Positions 63,187 to 64,000 of a DNA stretch of 64,000 nt are shown here, one piece after another. Both the position numbers and the translations under genes were made by a program. The stretch is from positions 19,160,001-19,224,000 of the forward strand of contig NC_086118.1 in assembly GCF_963921235.1 (NCBI RefSeq). Direction: 5' to 3'. The notes beneath the pieces are model-generated. The model saw only the letters and a program-made list of their open reading frames with translations, did no database searches and was not told where the DNA came from. The DNA is from Mobula hypostoma (Eukaryota). Position 1 is the first letter of the stretch. Every line of letters begins with the position of its first letter.

Positions 63187-64000
63187 TGTTACATACCTCA
63201 AGGAGACCTTGTGACTTTCTTGTGAGAATGATGTAATGGTCTTTTGGAGGTCACCTGATGTAATTTTCCTGCCAATGCGAGGTCACATGATGAGATGCAC
63301 ACCATGGGTATAAAAGGGAAGACCCCTGATGACGCAGTTAGTTTTCTAGTTTGAACATTAGTTCGAGACTCTGTTCCGTTGCTTATTCGCTTTATGACGC
63401 AGTTTCATTTTTAAAATGGAGTTGTACGTTCTATTGTAAGGTACAATAGTGCGGGACTGGCAGTTTACCCATTTCTGCCAGATTTGTTGATGTACCTTTT
63501 CAGTAGTATTGGAGAGTGAAGACTTTATCGAGGTACAGGATCTGAAGGATTAAGAAAAGTTGGTAATGTTCGGAAGTTTAACAAAGGATTGACCTTATTG
63601 AGTCTTCGTTGAAGAAGTAACGACCTGCATTGAGGATAACTCCTGCCAAAAGAGAAAGGTAGTTCATGCGGAATTTGCTCACCAGAAGGAAGGTCAGTTG
63701 TTCTAAGCCATTTATTTCCTTCACTGTGAATCCTTTGGACAGAAACAGCAGGAAAGTCGCGTCTATGAAGAAATCTTTCTCCAGAGAAGTCTCTCCCAAT
63801 TGAATGTATAAATCTGTTGGACTTTCGAATTCACCATCTTAAGAACTGTAGTTGATTTTACCACTTTAAGAACTGATTTTGCATTTATCGCTTTAAGAAC
63901 CAGTACCGAGTGGCGATTTGTTGAACAGCCGCATAGCTGTTAACTTCCAGTTAAGGTTGTCATTTTTTTTTATTGTTTATCCGTGTTTCATGAATGTTTG
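63187..64000 (+). mobile_element. LTR running off the window (same family as 13692-14789)
   Basis: Begins TGTTACATACCTCA; GATGTAATGGTCTTTTGGAGGTCACCTGATGTAATTTT matches the reverse complement of about 14710-14745; TATAAAA near 63309. Confidence 0.85.

Overview
This is eukaryotic, repeat-dense genomic DNA. It is most likely from a cartilaginous fish, inferred from the mix of CR1 LINEs with (ATAGAAAC)n-type tails, HE1-like V-SINEs, Deu-domain SINEs, Rex1/Babar LINEs and many Penelope pseudo-LTR fragments. No host protein-coding gene could be identified confidently; one candidate exon lies at 52379-52572 (-). Nearly all long ORFs are decayed transposon genes. Main contents: (1) the right part of a Harbinger DNA transposon with convergent transposase and MADF/BESS-like genes; (2) a retrovirus-like RNaseH-integrase remnant; (3) two near-full-length CR1 LINEs plus many fragments; (4) about ten Rex1/Babar fragments and RTE fragments; (5) solo LTRs, and hAT and Tc1-type MITEs; (6) about nine Penelope-derived pieces. 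Most interesting signals: short TSD-flanked Penelope pLTR units carrying a minimal hammerhead ribozyme motif, whose inverted arms end at the same position; a 419-bp TSD-flanked non-coding RTE-derived element with a predicted 5' pseudoknot; long non-coding retroposons starting with AAGATGGCGC; and an old tandem duplication dated by copy-specific insertions. Family calls come from motif recognition by eye, with no database search. Boundaries without a TSD are approximate. I found no evidence for a wholly new gene system.
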